The notes below the pieces were generated by a model. The model did not search any database and had not been told where the DNA came from. It saw only the letters and a list, made by a program, of their open reading frames with translations. From the human T2T-CHM13v2.0 reference genome, Homo sapiens, in assembly GCF_009914755.1 (NCBI RefSeq), contig NC_060926.1: a DNA stretch of 64,000 bases. One strand, given 5' to 3'. Position 1 is the first letter of the stretch. Each line of letters begins with the position of its first letter. A program made the position numbers and the translations under genes. This document shows positions 1-16,079 of the stretch, one piece after another.

Positions 1-1628
1 TCATGAATGTGAGGCAAAAGGAAACAATTGAAATTAGTAACCTCACTGCCTTTTTTCCTATCTGAGTGACGCTGTGATGTAGCCACTGAATCACATTGAG
101 AGAAATTTGGGCTTGGGGCTGTATTTTTTAATACATGGAAATGTCATAATTTAATAGTACTCTAATACTAATTACCTCTCGTGATTTTTTTTTCCTGAAG
201 TCTCTTTACACAGACCTAAATTGAACTAGATTACTTCCCTTTCTCTCTTTTCTTGTAAAGAAACCTCATTTAAACTTGAACCAGGTATGAGATGAAAGTG
301 CCTAGTTTCCTCATTGATGCTCTATAATGAATATATTATTCCAGGAACCTTCTTGGCTTACCTTTTGCTGTTGAATAACACCACATTTTATTAAAGATCT
401 GTGAAATGTTCCCTGAGATGTTATATAGCCTGTTCTCTTTAGACAGTAAGTTTTGCAAAATCTTCTTGGCTTTGTATAGGTGATAACAGGAAACAAGAAT
501 AATGAGATAAAACCTCTTCTTTCAGGTTTTTTAATTGAGGAACAAATTATTTCATCGTTTCTCATTAGTTATTCCCATGGATTCTAATGACAAGGTGCCA
601 ACTTTCACACTTTAAACAGGTTAATTAATCAGGTAGTAATGAAGTTGGGTGATACCTGAGTGTTGGTGTGCAGAATAATCACAGTTCCTAATAATGTGCT
701 TAAATGTCTGTAAACCTGAGAGTATAAGCTGAAACTCAGATCTTCTGAGTTATGCATAAATAAACATATTCTGGCTAATGTGAAAACTAATTTTAATTTA
801 TTACACTAGGTATAATCTTTAATTCAGAGATACATATATATATATAAATGAATATACAAATTGAATATGCATATTTATACTCACAATTATATATATTGTT
901 CTTTTCATTTGAGAGCGTAAGCATGATGATGTTTTAACCTTCATATCTGCACTATTCTTACTTTGTTTAGCCAGTCCATACAATTATATATTTTAAATCT
1001 TATTGTTTGATTGTAGTTTTAGTTACAAAACCTGGTAAGAGTGAAATAATAGGCGAAATCCCACTATATGACAACAGCACGTGAGTATGTCAAAGGAGAG
1101 ATCATTACCAAGAAGAAATCACTATGATGTAAATCATCTTGGGTATCCTGGGCATCCACTCAGCAGGATATGCTGGAGAGGTCTCAGGTTTTTGTTAGTC
1201 AAACTTCCTTCCTCAAAAACTAGAGGAAAAATCAAGTGAACAAATACATATCTGATACATTGAATATTACCGCATTTATAATCATGGAAGGAAATTATAA
1301 TAAATGTTTAAGGAACAGACATATTATTTCTATTTTTGATAAAGGTATTGCAAAGAAGTCTATCCCTAAGAAAACAGGAAGCTTGGGATACAAAGCATTA
1401 TGCTTTCTATCACCAGCAAGCACTTCATCCTTGTGAAATCAGCAATAAAGAATCAGAAACCTGCTTCATATGTGCAGTATGTGGAGCGTCTCCACTGCCC
1501 TGGTAACAAGGAAAATACCAATGAGATGGTAACATGTAAAATTGCCTATTGACTAATTAGGATTTAAAAATTGAGGATGGGTCAGTGAAGAAAGAGTGTA
1601 TTCAAATCAATATGAAAACAATTCTATT

Positions 1629-1960
1629 GACTGGGCACGGTGGCTGGTTGCTCAGACGTGTAATCCCAACACTTTGGGAGGCTGAGGTGGGAGGATCACT
1701 TGAGTCCAGGAGTCTGAGAGCAGCCTGGACAACATAAGGAGACCTCCTCTCTACAAAAAGTAAAATATTAGATGAGTTAGTGGTATATGCCTGTCGTCCC
1801 AGCTACTTAGGAGCCTGAGGTGGGAGGATCACTGGAGCCTGGAAGGTCTAGGCTGCAGTGAACCGTGATCATGCCACCGCAGTCCAGCCTGGGAGACAGG
1901 GCCAGACCCTGGTCTCAAAAACACAAAAGCACATACACAAAAAAAAACAAAACAAAAAAA
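1629..1960 (+). mobile_element. AluJ-type SINE, full length
   Basis: Dimeric Alu (GACTGGGCACGGTGG...TGTAATCCCAACACTTTGGGAG...CCAGCCTGGG) with A-rich tail and J-type GGAGGATCAC in both arms; decayed TSD AAAACAATTCTATTG / AAAATAATTCTACTG. Confidence 0.92.
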
Positions 1961-2452
1961 TAATTCTACTGTCAAATTTTGATTATCAAAAATGAATTAA
2001 TTATGGTTAGGAAGGAGTAAGGAACTTGAAATATCTGACACTTGAAATATCAGGATGATGGATGCTCCATAACAGGCAGTTAGGGATGAGGACATGATCC
2101 CTGCACCCTCAGAGTTGGAGCCAAGCAGCCGCCCCACCATGCTGGGTCACTAAGATTGGGGGCAGGCTGTCAGGAAGAGACAGACATGGGAGATGGGACA
2201 CGGGGCTCCCACTGGCAAATCATGAGGAGGCTGCAGACCTGGGATCACACCTGTACCTCATGGAGATGTGGCAATCCAAACCTCAATGGGTACTTTCCTA
2301 AGACTTTCTTCTGGGAGGGAGGCAGTTGGCTTGCTCTCGCTGCTATCTTAAGTTCAATCTCTAAGCCAGTTAGATGGCTGCCTTTGAATAATTCAGAATT
2401 CTCACATTCTACATACTCATCTACACCTGTGTACATATCTATTTTTAGGTCG

Positions 2453-2465
2453 ATATGTGTGTGTG

Positions 2466-2497
<32 letters not shown>

Positions 2498-2502
2498 TAT
2501 AT
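2453..2502. repeat. Compound (TG)n(TA)n(CA)n microsatellite
   Basis: Read directly; a (TTTTTG)n tract follows at ~2575-2603. Confidence 0.9.
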
Positions 2503-3667
2503 GCAGGCTGAAGGTGTGCATATGTAGCAAATACATCTGCATACTTACCTATACTAAGCTGTTTTACTTGAAGTGTTTTGTTTTTGTTTTTGTTTTTGTT
2601 TTTACTTTGTTTGTGGGTTTGTTTTGTGGAGGGAGTGGTTTTTATTTGTTCTTTTTGTGCTCCTCTCCCTGAATGGCTGCATCTCTCAATCACTCCCTGT
2701 CTAATCTTGCAATACAGTCTTGGGAAGAGGGTCTGGTTACCCACTTCCCAAGAGTACAGCATAAACCAATTAATTAACCTTTAATTTAAATGATGCAGCA
2801 GGTGAAATTTAGCAAATTAGAACAATTAATTTATTGCATTAGTGAGTATTAATTGTAATGATATATAATCATGCACCTCAAGATTTCAAAATTCTTCTAT
2901 TTTAAAACACGAAAGCAGTGATAGTTTTTTTTTTTTTAATTAGACTGAAGTTTATACCAAAGTTTTCTAGACCCTATGTGGTCTAACAATTAGATTTTAC
3001 TCTGCTGGGATATAATGAATGGTGTTTCAACTACTTAAGTACCTACATATTTTTCTTCTTATTTACACATTACAATTACAAGCCATGATCTTTATTCACA
3101 GTTTATTATGGGTGAGTGTCAATAATACTCATTGATGGAAGAATAATATGAAGAAAACAAAACAAAATCTTTCATGATATTTGAAAGTCATGTAATGTTA
3201 TGCACTTTACCTTCTTCTCCTCGAAGCTGACTATGGACAAACCAAAACCTCAAAATACCCTTAAAGCTTTTGTTTCAAAATGACATGGTTTTGCTAAGTT
3301 GTTGTCGAAAAGGAGAAAAAAATACAGAAGTGTGTGTATCATTAGCACAACTGCATTCCATTATTTTCTTTTTCAAAATAAATTACATAAATGGGGTTTG
3401 TATTGTTTGCTGTACTTCACCCAGAGATTGGAATAATTAAGCTTCAAGAACTGAGATGCTTTAAAACACACTTAATTTAGTAAAATTGGTAAGGAAGCTA
3501 CTGCAATTAAAAAAATAAACAAAAAAGGACAAAAGTTTTCTTAAGTCTTACTGGGTAATTTGGGGTGAATTTAGTCTATGGCATTAGAAGTACAAAAGGT
3601 AACTAAAAATGCCGTTAAATGAAATGTTCCAAGTCCAAGCAATTTCCTTCTTAACAGAAAGCAAAAT

Positions 3668-4200
3668 GCAAACAGAGATTACAAAAACCCTGCTGTGTTT
3701 AATTTAAGTGTATGTAAGCCTTTTACTCGCAGTCATTTTGTCTGGAGATAATCACGGCCATCCACAGTGGTCAGGGCTGGGAAGCATGGGTTGTGAAAAG
3801 TTGCTCACTCTTTCATTCCACCTTGCTTGTGTCAGCCATGGCTCAGATGAGGCAAGTCCAGCTTATTCATCTTCTGTCAGGGTGGGATTCTCCTACTTCT
3901 ACATCCACCAATTTGTTCTTGTCACTTCCAGACCACTTGCAGCAACATGAAGTGGTATGTGTAACTGCATGTCTGTCATTGCAAAGTGACATGACATTAT
4001 TTATTTGTGGATTATTTATATATATGCTTGGTTTATTTAATATAAAATTTCAAATGATAAAGTTTGTAAATATCAAGTCAACATTTTTACAGTATTCAAA
4101 CTGCTAGAAGTATTTTGTATGGAATTCATTTTGAAAAGTAAGCAAAATCTTGGTAGCGTTTCTTAGTGGTAAAGAAGAAGGTCTGGATAATGACTATTTC
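3668..4200 (+). pseudogene. Putative fossil hAT/ZBED-like transposase, N-terminal part (frameshifted)
   Basis: Colinear translated motifs across frames: DYKNPAV / SLLLAVILSGDNH / PSTVV / QVQLIHLLSGWDS..NLFLSLPDHL..TACL / KLLEVF + WN..KILVAFLSG. These resemble hAT IAEMIALDxQPxSxV, IHFTSxxWxS..YLSLTAHW and KLxEVxxxW..KIxAxVTDN. Alignment is by eye only. Confidence 0.5.
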
Positions 4201-4561
4201 TATTAGAATAGTAATTTTTTATAATATTTTAAATATATATTATATAATTTGGGATAGGACTATTTTGAAGACCAAAGGATGCCTTTTAGGGGATAGATGA
4301 CAATAACATTTTTTTCTTTCATATTCAACTTCTAGTTGCTAGAAATTTCTAGGAAGAGGAGAAAACTTGCCATTATTTTAATTTCAAAACTGAACATTTG
4401 GTATTTATTGAGCACCTAAGTGTGCATGAATCCCTGATGCAAGATTATATGTGTAAATAAAAGGGCCATGAATAAAAAAAATGTATTTTCTGTCTCCGAG
4501 GTAGAACATGAAGAATCATAAAATTTCCAGAATATATATAAAAGAATTATAAACCACCAGA

Positions 4562-4594
<33 letters not shown>

Positions 4595-4620
4595 GACACA
4601 CGCACAAATATATATATATA
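4562..4620. repeat. (TA)n(CA)n(TA)n microsatellite
   Basis: Read directly. Confidence 0.85.
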
Positions 4621-4710
4621 GTCCAACTTTTAATGGAAATAGGAATGATTCTTAGACATTAGTATAAGTCCTTTCTTAACATGTGCAGCACTTGTGAAAT
4701 GTCACAATGA

Positions 4711-7015
<2,305 letters not shown>

Positions 7016-7019
7016 TAAA

Positions 7020-7230
7020 AATTTTCATGATGGCATAACTATTGGCCTCTAAAACATTCACTGTGAGCCAGAGCTGGTGTAAAGGAATTCTGGAAAAGTT
7101 ATTAAACAGGGTAATCCAACAGGTATGAACCAGATAGTATGGTCACCTGAATATACAATGCAGAACTGTGGAACTAGTCTTTGCCACATAACAGACAACA
7201 GTACCAAATGGAATGTTGTATGATCTTTGA
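7020..7230 (+). pseudogene. Putative continuation of the fossil hAT transposase (TRWNS-motif region)
   Basis: GILEKLLNRVIQQV (from ~7084), then in another frame IVWSPEYTMQNCGTSLCHITDNSTKWNVV* (D at 7194, W at 7209), resembling hAT LLxKVRxIV..SP....LIxDVxTRWNS. Confidence 0.45.
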
Positions 7231-7436
7231 ACTTACAACAGCATAGGATGTTATCAGCAAGCCTGGGCTGTGGCCCATAATAAGCAGTTTACATATGATA
7301 TTCACTATATATATAAACAAATGATATGCATTATATACCATTTATATTATAATGCTGTTACATTATAAATCTATACCTATATATGTGTGAGTGTGTGTTT
7401 GTACATATATATATATATTTGTAACTCCTGTATTCT

Positions 7437-10198
7437 GTTTTAAAATTTTTATGGGTACAAAGTAGGTATGTATATTTATGGAGTACATGAAATGTTTTGA
7501 TACAGGTGTAAAATGCATAATAATTACATTATGGAAACTTGGGTATCCATCCCATACAGCATTTATCCTCCATGTTACAAACAATCCAATTATACTGTTT
7601 TAGTTATTTTAAAGTGTACAATTAAATTATTATTGACTACAGTCACCTTGTTGTGCTATCAAATACTAAGCCTCATTCATTCTTTCTAATTATGTATCTT
7701 CTGTACTCATTAATCATCCCCCTCACCCCCAACCCCCACTATACTTCCCAGCTTCTGATAACCATCCTCCTACTCTCTATGTCCATAGGTTCAATTGTTT
7801 TGATTTTTTAGATCCCATAAATGAGAGCATGTTTTGTTTGTCTTCCTTTGCCTGGCTTATTTTACTTAACATAATGACCTCCAGTTCCAACCATGTTGTT
7901 GCAAATGACAAGATCTCATTTTCTTTAATGGCTGAATAGTACTCATTGTATCACATTTCTTTATCCACTGATCTGTTGATTAACTCCTAGGTTGCTTCCA
8001 AATCTTGGGTACTGTGCACAGTGCTGCAACAAACAATGCAAGTGCAGATATCTCTTCAATACACTGATTTATTTTCTTTTGGGTATATACCAAGCAGTGG
8101 GATTGCTGGATCATATGGTAGCTCTGTTTTTAGTGAGGAACCTCCAAACTATTGCTTGCGGTTATACTAGTTTACACTTCCACCAATAATGTATGAGGGT
8201 TACCTTTTCTCCACATCCTCTCCAGTATTTGTTATTACCTATATATTAGATAAAAGCAATTTTAACTAGGGTAAGATGATATCTCATTGCAGTTTTGATT
8301 TGCATTTCTCTGATGATCAGTGATGTTGAACACCTTTTCATAGCCCATGTGCCATTTTTATGTCTTCTTTTGAGAAATTTATATTCAAATATTTTGCCCA
8401 TTTTTAATAGGATTGTTAGATTTTTTTCTATAGAGTTGTTTGAGCTCCTTGTATATTCTAATTATTAATCCTTGTCAAACGGGTAGTTGGCAAATATTTT
8501 CTCCTATTCTGTGGGTTGTCTCTTTATTTTTTAAATTGTTTCCTTTGCTGTGCAGAAGACCTGATATGATCCCAATCATCCATTTTTACTTTGGTTGCCT
8601 AAGCTTGTGGGGAATTACTCAAGAAACGTTTGTCCAGACCAATGTTCTGGAAAGTTTCCCCCATGTTTTCTTGTAGTAGCTTTATAGTCTGAGGTCTTAT
8701 ATTTGAGTCTTTAATTCATTTTGATTTAATTTTTGTATATGGTGAAAGATAGGGTTCTAGCCTTCTTCTTTTGCATATGGAATCCAGTTTTTACAACACC
8801 AGTTATTGAAAGAGACTGTCTTTTCCCAGTGTGTGTTCTTTAGATGTTTGTGAAAAATGAATTTACTGTATGTGCGTGAATTTATTTCTGGGTTCTCTAT
8901 TCTGTTACATTGGTCTATGCATCAATATTTATACCAGTACTATGCTGTTTTCATTACTGCAGCTTTGTAGTATAGTTTGAAGTCTCACCTGAAGCCAGCA
9001 AGTCAGAATCTTACCCAAGGCCCTATAACCTGGGTATCGCTGCTGGTTATTCAGGGCCTAAGGACTCCTCAGTTAGCAAGTGATGAAGCCTGCTAAGACT
9101 GGGTTCTTCCCTTCAAGGCATCATATCACTGATAGAGGCACTGAGGAGATAGAAAAAACAGTCTTGAATTGCTGTCACCACCCTTCCTCTATCCCCCAGG
9201 GAATCATCTTAGGAAGTTCCCCAAAATTCCACAGGTGCATTATCACAGTGATTGCCATACAGAGCACTAGACGGGAGGGGTGTCATAGTGTAGGTAGGGG
9301 CTGTCTATTATATATTATATTATCTCATATTATGTTCCAGAGGTTGGCACTTGATATTTCTGGGTCCCTTACTGCCCCAGAGTGTGTATAGAAATGTCAT
9401 TTGAGAGCTAAAGCCTTGAAAGGGGGCCTCATGATTCTGACCAGCACCCAATCCTGCTGTGTCTGAGCTGATATCCAAGATGCAAGACAAAGTCCTTTCC
9501 ACTTTCCCTCTGCTCTCCTCAAGTGGAAGGAAGGGGTGTCTTTTGGAACTGCAAGCTGCGCAGTCTGAGGTCAGAGGAGGGGTATATCAGCACTCACATA
9601 GCTGTCCTGCCTGGTGTCTCAGTAGATCTTGCATCCCCCTAGTCCTCTGGCTCTGGGCCCAGTTCAGCACTAGGATTTGCCTAGGAGTTCCCATCCTTGG
9701 GTCCTAAACTGCATTTCAAGTATATTTAGGTCTCCAGAACCTTTATCCTGTGGTGGCAAGAGTTGCAGGAACTCAATTTCTGACCTCTGAGCTTGGTGAT
9801 TCCCTCCTGACTAGGCCTGGTTTAAATGTTCTCTCCATGGGTGGGCATCAGCTGAGTTTGGTGTGGTTTTTCTTTCTGCTATTACAGGGCAGCAATGAGT
9901 TGAGTGCCTCACAATTGTTGAGTTCTCCCTCTCCCCAGTGCCCAGGAACAGTCTTTGAACCATGCCACTGCTGCTGGAATATAAGGGAAGGGTGGTGTCA
10001 GCAATTCAAGACTGTTTTTTCTATCTCTTCAGTGCCTCTATTAGTGATATAAAGTTAAAACGAGGTACTATGAGTGCTCACCTGATTTTTGGTTCATATG
10101 AAGGTGCTTTTGTTGTGTAGATAGCTGTTAAATTGTTGTCCTTCACACGGGGATGATCAGTGGAGCCTTCTATTCAGTCATCTTGATCTACTTTAATC
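7437..10198 (-). mobile_element. L1MA1/L1MA2-like LINE-1 with intact ends and a large internal deletion
   Basis: L1MA-type 3' end at ~7440; distal ORF2 to ~8984 fused to a 5'UTR ending at ~10188; TSD GTAACTCCTGTATTCT (7421-7436) / GTAACTCCTATATTCT (10199-10214). Confidence 0.9.
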
Positions 10199-10279
10199 GT
10201 AACTCCTATATTCTTTTGCATCTTTTGCTTCTTACTAACCAATATGTTATTATATTCATTTACTGTTACAGGTAATCAT

Positions 10280-11500
10280 TTTTCTATTTAACTTTCTCTG
10301 TTCAAAATAGTGTATGTCTTTTCTTTCCTCATTTAACCTAGATTGTTATAAAGTTTTACTATTATAATTTACAGCCCCAAAAGCAATATATGATTTTTTG
10401 TGTTCTCTTATTCTTGAGACTGTTGAGTATTATGTTTTAAATATTTTATGCTTTAATCATTTTGATAAAGTGAAAATATAGTATTTAGCTTTTCTAATTA
10501 AAGCTTTAAATGCTGGTGAAATTAAATAATTTTATTTATCATTGACCATTTATATTGTGTGTGTGTGGTGAACTATTTGTTAATAGCATTATTCCCTTTC
10601 TATTGTAGTTAAATTATATTTTAAAAATTGTGGTAATTCTTTATATATTTAAAATACATGTCCTGTATCTGATATATGTTGCAACTATTTATTTCTTTAG
10701 TTATCCAACTCTCATGTTTCTTTTGGCTTTATATATAAATATATAAATACATATATATGCTATCTGTTTCATATGTGTATATATAAATGTGTAGATGTGT
10801 ATATATAAATATATACACATAAGTTTTAACGCTTTAAAATTTTCAAGTTATGTTTTTATTTCAACATAATTTCTACCTTTCATATTTTGTATGAAAACTC
10901 ATTTCCAACTTCACGTTTTATATAAATAATCACCTCTAATTTTAAATTTATATTATTCAAAGTTTGTATTGCATTTAACTCTTTAATCCCATGGAATTAA
11001 GTAAGTTTATTGTGTAATCAATGCATACTTTTTCCACAAATTGGCTAGACAGTCAATGTCCTCTGTAGTATATATTGAAAAATTCATTTTTTTTAATTAA
11101 TTAAAATTCCACATTCATTAAATTCTAAATTATTTGCATTCTTTATATTTCATTAACTGTTCATATATTTCTGGGCCAATTCACTTGTCTTTGATTACTA
11201 TAAGTATCTCCATAATAAAATAAAATATATATTAAAATGTAATATTTGTTATGGTGAGGGTTCTTTGTATAGATCTTTAAATTTGCTAGAAAGTTTTGTT
11301 AAAATTTGTTATCATCTGTTTTTTTTCCAGATGAACATCAGTGCCATGATCTAAGATTTGCTTCTATTTTATCTTTACTGTAAATTGTAATTTCATCAAA
11401 ATAAAACTTTTTTGTTATTTTGATATGTTCCTCTTAAATCTTTTATAAATTCAAGCATGCTATTGAACATGGTTTTCCAGTCAATTTAATATTCATGTTT
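10280..11500 (-). mobile_element. Very old L1 (L1ME/L1M-type) fragments
   Basis: Degenerate antisense L1 ORF2/3' phrases (e.g. TCTGATATATGTTGCAACTATTTT, TTTTTCCAGATGAAC); boundaries approximate. Confidence 0.5.
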
Positions 11501-12510
11501 TGATAATATGATTGATATTTCTATGTATTGTTATAATGAATAAGGTTGGTCCTAGACCTGCCATAAGTGTTTTATGATTTCAATATTTTTTCTACTTGTT
11601 TCTTTATAGTTTATTTTCTGCTACATGGAATCAGTTTTTAAAATTGTTTTTAATTTTCTTTTCTTTTCACTTATATGTCTTGTTTTTATTATTATTATTT
11701 TTAATTTACTTTAACACTTACATGTCTTAAAATATTTATTTATAGTTTTCTAAATTCTGCTGCTGGTTTTGCTGAAATTTCTCAAAGCATTTTAACCCAA
11801 TAATTCTTATATGGACCCACTACTCAGTAAAGTGCACATGCCCTCACATTTTGCATATCATTTTAGGAGAGATAAAGGCCTTTGATACAATCCAGTCTTA
11901 GAAATTTAAGATTTTTTCTTTCTGAGGCTATTTACTTAGGTAGTTTACTAAGGTAATGAGTAACATGAGGTCATGTCTCCTAACGGATAAACTAGAAAAA
12001 ACAAAAACAGGTTGTACTAAAAAAAAAAAAAAGTTTTTAAAGCATCGGATGCAGAAGCAAAGGGAACTATACAAAATGTCCTGAGAAGGAGGAACCTCTT
12101 TGGGAGTTTTTTACCCTGAAGGGATTTGCTGCTATGTCTAGGCCAAAGACTCTACTATGGGAAAGTAAAAACAGAGGAACCTTTGATGATCACATGTGAT
12201 GGCATGACATGCTAAAATGTTGAATGCTCCAAATGTAGAGCCAAATTTGCTCATGGGACATTTACTGAAAGCCGTATTGACACAGAAATATGGAAGTGTA
12301 TGCAAGAAAGGAAGAGTGAAATCACTGACTTAGAGCTTCTACGATTCTTTAATACACAATATATGTTGTATAATATACAATGCATACAATGAAATATTAT
12401 AGGACAAGTGTGAAGTGGCAGGTAAATGTGATAAGTAGTAAAGGGGAAAATCGAGAATCAGATAATCCTAATGTTGAAATTAGAATACAGGAGTTTAAAA
12501 TGCCTATTCA

Positions 12511-12602
12511 ACCCCAAACCTTGGCATTGCACAACATTCCCAGGTAACAAACCTGCAAAGTTGCACATGTATCCCCTCATTCTAAAATAAAAGTTGAAAA
12601 AA
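12511..12602 (+). mobile_element. Short L1 3' end (L1PB/late L1PA type)
   Basis: GTAACAAACCTGCA..CACATGTATCCCC..TCTAAAATAAAAGTTGAAAA terminal motif. Confidence 0.75.
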
Positions 12603-15600
12603 TCCCTTAGACTATGAAAATAAAATAAAATATCTCTTCATATATTAAATATAATTGAAAATGAATAAAAGTTGAATATTTCTATAAAAATTGATTTTAA
12701 AAATTAAATAGACATTAGGATTAACTTAAAGATATATCAATAGAAAATAAAAATACATCAAAACTGAAGCTGAGAAGCAAGAGTAAAATAAACAACAAGA
12801 CAGAACTTAAGAGACATGGACCATGGTTGAATAGCCTAGACTAAGTGTCATTGGAGTACCAAAAGGAGAAAAATGAGAGAATGAGAAAAACAATATTTGA
12901 AGAGATAATTATCAAACATTTTCCATAATTGATTAAAAATATGTAAACCTAAGTTTTAAGAAACTTGGTTTATAATAGCCATCTTTACTCTAGTCTAAAT
13001 TTATTTCCTTTCTCTCTTTTAAATAAAGTATTAGAAGAACTTCTTAAAAGGTGAAGTAAGAAATTTTAAAAATACGATCCTCCACATTGAACAATGTCTA
13101 CACTGAAAACTGTCGATGATGAAAAGTGAAAAGAAATCTGAAGACTAAGACAGATTTGATTTCAGGAATTGCCAAATCACATTAGTTAAAATGTCCAATT
13201 TAAAGCAAACGAAAACAAGTATAAAGAAACAGGCAATATAGTCCCGTATACAAGAAGAAAAAAGCTAATAAAAACTGTCTCTGAGGAAGCCCAGATGACG
13301 GGATTACTATACAAAGACTTGAATAAGCTCTTAAAAATATGTTCAAGAATTGTCCAAAAAGGATGAGAATGATGTCTCACCAAATTAAGAATATCAATAA
13401 AGTGATAGAAATTTTAAAAATGAAATAGAAATTCTAAAATGGAAGGGGTTAATCTGGTGGAAGAAATAATTAGCAAACTCTAAGATAGTTCATTTATATT
13501 ATTCAGTTCAAGAAACAAAGAGGAAATAAATGAAGAAAAGTCTATAAAGCTTCAGAAACCAATGGAACTCCATAAATTTTATGAATAATGGGGGTCTCAG
13601 AAAAGGAAAGAAAAGGTAAAAAGAATATTTGAAAAAATAGTAGATGATAACTTCCCAAATTGGATAAAACACATTTATCTATGTATCTAATTAACTCAAC
13701 AAACTATGTAGGATAAACTAAAAGTATTGCACACATAGGTAAAACTCAAACTGTCAAAATCCAAAGTCAAAGAGAGAAACTTGAAAACAGCAAGAAGAAA
13801 ACAATTTGCTGCATACAAGGGCTCTTCAAGTTAAATAGCTTACTCCTCAACAGGAGCCACAAGGCCAATGGGCCATGGAATAACATGTCCAAAGTGGTGA
13901 AAGCAAAATAAACCTTTCACTCAAGAAGTCTATGTCCAGCAAATTATATATCTACATCTTTCAAAAGCTGAAGAAATTAAAAGATTTCCAGATAAAGAAA
14001 ACTGAGAGAATCTTTATCAGCTCTTCCCTAAAAGAAATGCTAAAGGGAGATATTTGAGCTGAAATGAAAGGATATTAAATGACAATTTGAATTCCTATGA
14101 AAGCACTAAAAATAGATGACGCCATAGGTCAATATAAAATCAGTCTAAATATATGGTTCTTTATAATTCTTTCTTTCATTATATAATTTAAAAGACAATG
14201 ACAATGCAATATTTGGAAAGTTGTATTGATGGGTGTATAATGAAGAAGGTTTAATTTGTATGACAACAGGAGCACAAAGGAGGAGAAGGGAAATGGAACT
14301 GTTCAGACACAATTTTTGTGTACATTACAAATTAAATTTACTACAAATTAAATTATTTTAAGTTAGCATGCATATCTAAGACTCAGAGAAACCATTAGAA
14401 AAATAAAATAAAATGAAATATAAATAGCAAAATAATTTAAAAAGTACACTGAAAATTATTTAAGACAATAATAAGGCAGTAATAGAGAAAGAATCACAGA
14501 GTATATATGACACATTAAAATAGCAAAATGACAAATGTGCACCTTGTTTTACCAGAGCAACACTAAATATGAATAGATTAAGTACCTGCAATCAAAGGCA
14601 GATATTGACAGAATTGATGAAGAAAATATTATCTTACTATACACTGTCTACAAGAGACACATTTTATTTGATGACAAAAATAGGTTTGAAGTGAGAAAAT
14701 GGAAGTAGATACATTATGCAGCAAAGAGAGCTGGAGTAGCTATATTATTGTTAGACAAAATAGATGCTAAGAGAAAAATTGCATTAGATATGAACGATAC
14801 TTTATAACGGCAAAAGGATCAATACATCAGGATGTTATCTCAAATAGATAAAGCAAAAGCTGACAGAAATAAAGAGAAAAATAGACAATTCAACAATAGA
14901 AGTTAGAGAATTTAATACTCCTGAGCTTACAGAAATAAAAGGATTATAAAAATACTATTAATAATTGTATACCAACTAATTAAATAAACGAGATGAAGTG
15001 GACAATTTCCTAGAGAAACAAACACTACTTAAAATGACCCAAGAAGAAATAGAATATATAAATAAGCTTGTAACAAGTAAAAAGATTGAATTAGTAATTA
15101 ATTAAAAAGCCCAGGATGAGATAGCTTCACTGGTGAATCCTACTAAAACTTCATAAAGAATTAATATGAATTCTTCACGAATTCTTTCAAATAATAGAAG
15201 ACAACAGTAATTCCCAACTCATTCTATCCTAATACCATATCACTCTGACACCAAACTCAGACTAAGATGTCATAAGAAAACTATAGACACGTTATTCTTA
15301 TGAACATTAATGTAAAAATTATTAATATTAGCAAATTGGACCCAGTAACATATAAATAAAAAGCTTATAAAGCATGACTAGTTGGGATTTATCCCAGCAA
15401 TGCAAGTTTGGCTCTACATATGAAAATCAATCAATGTGATACACTATATTAATACAATAAAAGAAAAAAATTCAAATAATCATATCAATGGATACAGAAA
15501 AAGTATTTAAAAGATCCAAAACCTTTTCTGATTAAAAAAAGACCAACAAACTAGAAATACAAGGTATTTTTTTTCAACCTGATAAAAGACATCTACAAAA

Positions 15601-15760
15601 ATCCCATAGCTTAATACTGAAAGACTTAATGCTTGCCACTTTTATTCAACATTGCATTGACAATTCTGGCCAGAGCAATTAGGCAAGAAAATGGAATAAT
15701 AGGCATCCAGACTAGAAAGGAAAAAGTAAACCTTTTTCTACTTTCAGGTTGTATGTAATC

Positions 15761-16079
15761 TTTTTTTTTTTTTTTTTTTTTTTTTTTAGACGGAGTCTCG
15801 CTCTGTTGCCAGGCTGGACTGCAGTGACGCGACCTAGGCTCACTGCAACTTCCACTTCCTGGGCTCTTGGGTTCAAGTGATTCTCCTGCCTCAGCCTCCT
15901 GAGTAGCTAGCACTACAGGTGTGTGTCACCATGCCAAGCTAAATTTTCTTTTTGTATTTTTAGTAGAGATGGCGTTTCACTATGTTGGCCAGGATGGTCT
16001 CGATCTCTTGACCTCGTGATCCGCCTGCCTGGGCCTCCCAAAGTGCTGGCATTACAGGTGTGAGCCTCCACACCTGGCC
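15761..16079 (-). mobile_element. AluS (AluSc-like)
   Basis: Poly-T followed by a full antisense Alu with CGATCTCTTGACCTCGTGATCCGCC. Confidence 0.95.

Noticed and set aside
362-398. Minus-strand micro-exon ending in AAG|GTAAGC
   Set aside because: The acceptor lacks a polypyrimidine tract and there is no other support.
2453-2502. Hairpin RNA from (TG)n(TA)n(CA)n
   Set aside because: Self-complementarity is a trivial property of this common compound microsatellite.
3835-3954. Plus-strand coding exon of a cellular gene (CAG|CCATGG...GAAGTG|GTATGT)
   Set aside because: Splice-like signals are present but no partner exons are evident; the peptide is better explained as part of the frameshifted hAT-like fossil.
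8960-9010. Spliced L1 retrocopy as the cause of the internal deletion
   Set aside because: The donor-like GTGAG is retained at the junction and the ORF2 side does not follow an AG; microhomology fits better. This rests on remembered consensus.
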